A stretch of DNA of 63,563 bases, counting the filler, from Octopus bimaculoides (Eukaryota): the NCBI RefSeq assembly GCF_001194135.2. It is 6 parts of 6 records of this genome, joined end to end, with 100 filler letters (N's around TTAATTAATTAA, not from the genome) between each part and the next. Parts side by side here need not be neighbours in the genome. Positions count along the whole stretch, not along the records: positions 55,566 to 62,122 come from NC_069000.1; positions 62,223 to 63,563 come from NC_068999.1; 4 more parts are not named here. The stretch is one strand, 5' to 3'. Positions within the stretch are counted from its first letter, which is position 1. Each line of letters starts with the position of its first letter. Below the pieces are notes generated by a model. It was not told where the DNA came from and ran no database searches. It saw only the letters and a list, made by a program, of their open reading frames with translations. Of this stretch, positions 60,386-63,563 are shown in pieces. A program made the translations under genes and the position numbers.

Positions 60386-62122
60386 TATGTATATATGTAT
60401 ATATGTATGTTTGTATCTATACACACATAAACACACACGCAACCACAGAACATATTTACTTCACAAGACCCTTCATACAGCGTAGAGACATCAATGAAGG
60501 CACATAGTATTTACAGGAAGCTCATCCTAGCAATTACAACATGCAATGCTTGTAGTTCATTTATTTTATTTTTAATTGATTAATCTTCTTACAGCTGTAG
60601 TCATTGCAATAATCTGTCTGTAGCTGGTCACAGAGAACTCATTTTGGTGTGTGTGTGTGTGTGTTGTGCGTTAGATGAATGTGATAGATCAATTAACGAA
60701 AGAGTAAATGAACAAAAAAAAAACCGGTCACTGTTTAGGGTTTGTGTTTGTTGTTTGATGGTGGAGTAAATGATTTACTGACAGTACAATGATGTGTGTG
60801 GGTGTCAACATGTATGTGTGTGTGTGTGTATGTATACNNNNNNNNNNNNNNNNNNNNNNNNNNNNNNNNNNNNNNNNNNNNNNNNNNNNNNNNNNNNNNN
60901 NNNNNNNNNNNNNNNNNNNNNNNNNNNNNNNNNNNNNNNNNNNNNNNNNNNNNNNNNNNNNNNNNNNNNNNNNNNNNNNNNNNNNNNNNNNNNNNNNNNN
61001 NNNNNNNNNNNNNNNNNNNNNNNNNNNNNNNNNNNNNNNNNNNNNNNNNNNNNNNNNNNNNNNNNNNNNNNNNNNNNNNNNNNNNNNNNNNNNNNNNNNN
61101 NNNNNNNNNNNNNNNNNNNNNNNNNNNNNNNNNNNNNNNNNNNNNNNNNNNNNNNNNNNNNNNNNNNNNNNNNNNNNNNNNNNNNNNNNNNNNNNNNNNN
61201 NNNNNNNNNNNNNNNNNNNNNNNNNNNNNNNNNNNNNNNNNNNNNNNNNNNNNNNNNNNNNNNNNNNNNNNNNNNNNNNNNNNNNNNNNNNNNNNNNNNN
61301 NNNNNNNNNNNNNNNNNNNNNNNNNNNNNNNNNNNNNNNNNNNNNNNNNNNNNNNNNNNNNNNNNNNNNNNNNNNNNNNNNNNNNNNNNNNNNNNNNNNN
61401 NNNNNNNNNNNNNNNNNNNNNNNNNNNNNNNNNNNNNNNNNNNNNNNNNNTATATATATATATATGTACATTCTGATTGAATGTTCCATGTGTAAACATG
61501 TACCTCCATGTAGCAATGTAAACTCCCATTTAATCAAGATATCCTTGGCCTGAAGAGTAGCCTGCAGGATACACCTCACTTGGATATTTACCACTTCTGA
61601 GGTTCCACTTGCTATGAAACATAAGCAGCCCGGATCTTATAAACTCCATTCTGTAACTCTTGTATATATTTCATACTCCATGCATTGCAACTTTGTTTTT
61701 CTCTCTCTTGTCCTGCTTCTTTCCATCTTCTCTTCTCCTTTTCTTCCATTTTTTCTTCGCTTCACAACTTTTGAATTTTTTGAACTTTTACACTCCATAC
61801 GTCATTACTTTGCCCTTCTCTCTCCTTTTCCTGTTTTTCTTTTTTCTTTTTTCTCCTTTTTCCTGCATGTCTCATTACAAATCTCTCCTCCACCTTCACC
61901 ACCGCCTAAAGGAACACCCTTTCATGCTTCCTTTCCGCCGCTTTATTTTCTCTTATTCCTTTCTGCTGAAGAGCATAGGCTCGAAACATAAAAGACTTTC
62001 TCACTACCCTGAGCATCAAACTAATACACTTGCTTGCTGTTCATACACCTATCTTCATCTTTTGTTTTTCTGTAAGGTTCAGCTATTCATACGTATATAT
62101 ATATATATATATATATATATAT

Positions 62123-62222
62123 NNNNNNNNNNNNNNNNNNNNNNNNNNNNNNNNNNNNNNNNNNNNTTAATTAATTAANNNNNNNNNNNNNNNNNNNNNN
62201 NNNNNNNNNNNNNNNNNNNNNN
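62123..62222. other. Artificial scaffold linker
   Basis: Same construct as 11639-11738. Confidence 0.95.
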
Positions 62223-62289
<67 letters not shown>

Positions 62290-62407
62290 TGAGTGAGTGA
62301 GTGTGCATGTAGATGTATGTATGAATTAGAATTAGGAGTTAGCGTTAGAGGGTAGATTTAGATTCAGATACTAGGGTTAGTGCTAGGAGTTTGGTTTGGA
62401 GGCTATT

Positions 62408-62472
62408 GGACGGATGGACGGACGGACGGACGGACGGACGGACGGACGGACGGACGGACGGACGGATGGATG
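62408..62472. repeat. (GGAC)n tetranucleotide microsatellite
   Basis: Direct inspection. Confidence 0.95.
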
Positions 62473-62520
62473 GCCGGTCACAGTTGTAAAGCTACGGCTG
62501 AGCTGATATTTCTTTGTGCA

Positions 62521-62745
62521 TGAAGGCGGCGAACTGGCAGAGTCGTTAGCACGCCGGACAAAATGCTTGACGGTATTTCGTCCGTCTTTACGTTCTGTGT
62601 TCAAAATTCTGCCGAGGACGAATTTGCCTTTCATCCGTCCGGGATCAATAAAATAAACACCAGTTAAGCACTGGAATCGATCTGATCGACCTATCACTCT
62701 CCACGAAATTGCTGGCCCTGTGCCAAAACCTGAAAGCGTTATTTC
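62521..62745 (+). mobile_element. SINE family A copy
   Basis: gaaggcggcgaactggcagagtcgttagcacgccgg...ggccctgtgccaaaa. Confidence 0.85.
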
Positions 62746-63563
62746 TTTGCGCATGCGTATGAGTCACATTTTCAGCTCATTCGCGAAATACAAACTGAAT
62801 TGGATTCTATACTTTGTTTTAAAAGATTTTTTTAAAAAAAGGTGTTTTAGAACGTAAAGTCTGTAATACACAAATCGAGTTAACAGTCGATATAACTGCC
62901 TCTTGAATAAACAAAGCTATTTTTCAAAGCTAGAAACATCACGTTTTGCATCCCACGTCTAAATTAAACAAATTGCTGCATTCATGTAACGATATTTCTA
63001 TTTATTTATTCTCTTCTTCTTCTTTCGCTACTCTCGCAGAATTTTGGCGATCTTCTCTGAACATATACAGCCTTTTAGGAGCCTTTCAAATTGTAGAAAC
63101 GTGTGGAACAGCAAAATTATTTAGGGTAGTACATATTGATTAGACTATTAGCAATCATTGTGTGTGTGTTTGCGTGAAGGTGTGTTTAAAACTTCACTAA
63201 AGATGATGTTGATAATCCTATAAATTTTGTCTGTTGATAAAACGGCCGTCACTCGCAAGCGAGTGTGGTTTGGTAGCTTGTACCATACTTTCACTAATTG
63301 TTTTAGATGCCCGTGTAGTCACATGCAAGCATAGACACCTTTTCATCCCTTCATCTTTGACGTAGCAGAGTGTGGTGAGTTGTGCAGGTGTGGTTGTTGT
63401 TTGTTGTTTGTTGTCGTCTGAAGGGATAATTGGCTGAGTGACTGAATGAAAATGTATTTTTCGGGTCACGTGAAGAAAATTACTGACAACACCCACGAAC
63501 AATTAGCAGAAAAGTTTATTATTGCACATTTTAACTGTGCTGGTCTTTTACAAATGCTAATAG

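Overview
Eukaryotic, repeat-dominated genomic DNA. The SINE families and the extreme (TA)n/(CA)n/(GA)n microsatellite load look like octopus (inference from recognised repeats, not database-checked). Five artificial 100-bp N/TTAATTAATTAA linkers split the window into at least six joined scaffold pieces. The only host gene I can support is six minus-strand exons (29250 to 13951, consistent splice phases, 277 codons, both ends missing) encoding two tandem laminin-G domains. The rest is SINEs of about five families, mariner/Tc1/maT relics, MITEs, RTE, R4 and Penelope retroelement relics, and micro/minisatellites. Most ORFs in the supplied track are microsatellite or gap artefacts. The best candidate for an undescribed system is a small hammerhead-ribozyme (HHR) retroelement family resembling retrozymes. 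One copy has a well-formed type I HHR at 46281-46343 followed by a highly structured region. A diverged relative at 27113-27562 is 1.25 copies of a 360-bp monomer. Two further HHR-like families occur: Penelope terminal repeats (37495-37540, 15137-15182) and small inverted-repeat elements (23813-23885, 26850-26943). Repeats inside the gene-bearing scaffold piece show strong CpG decay compared with those outside it. No rRNA, true tRNA or CRISPR was found.
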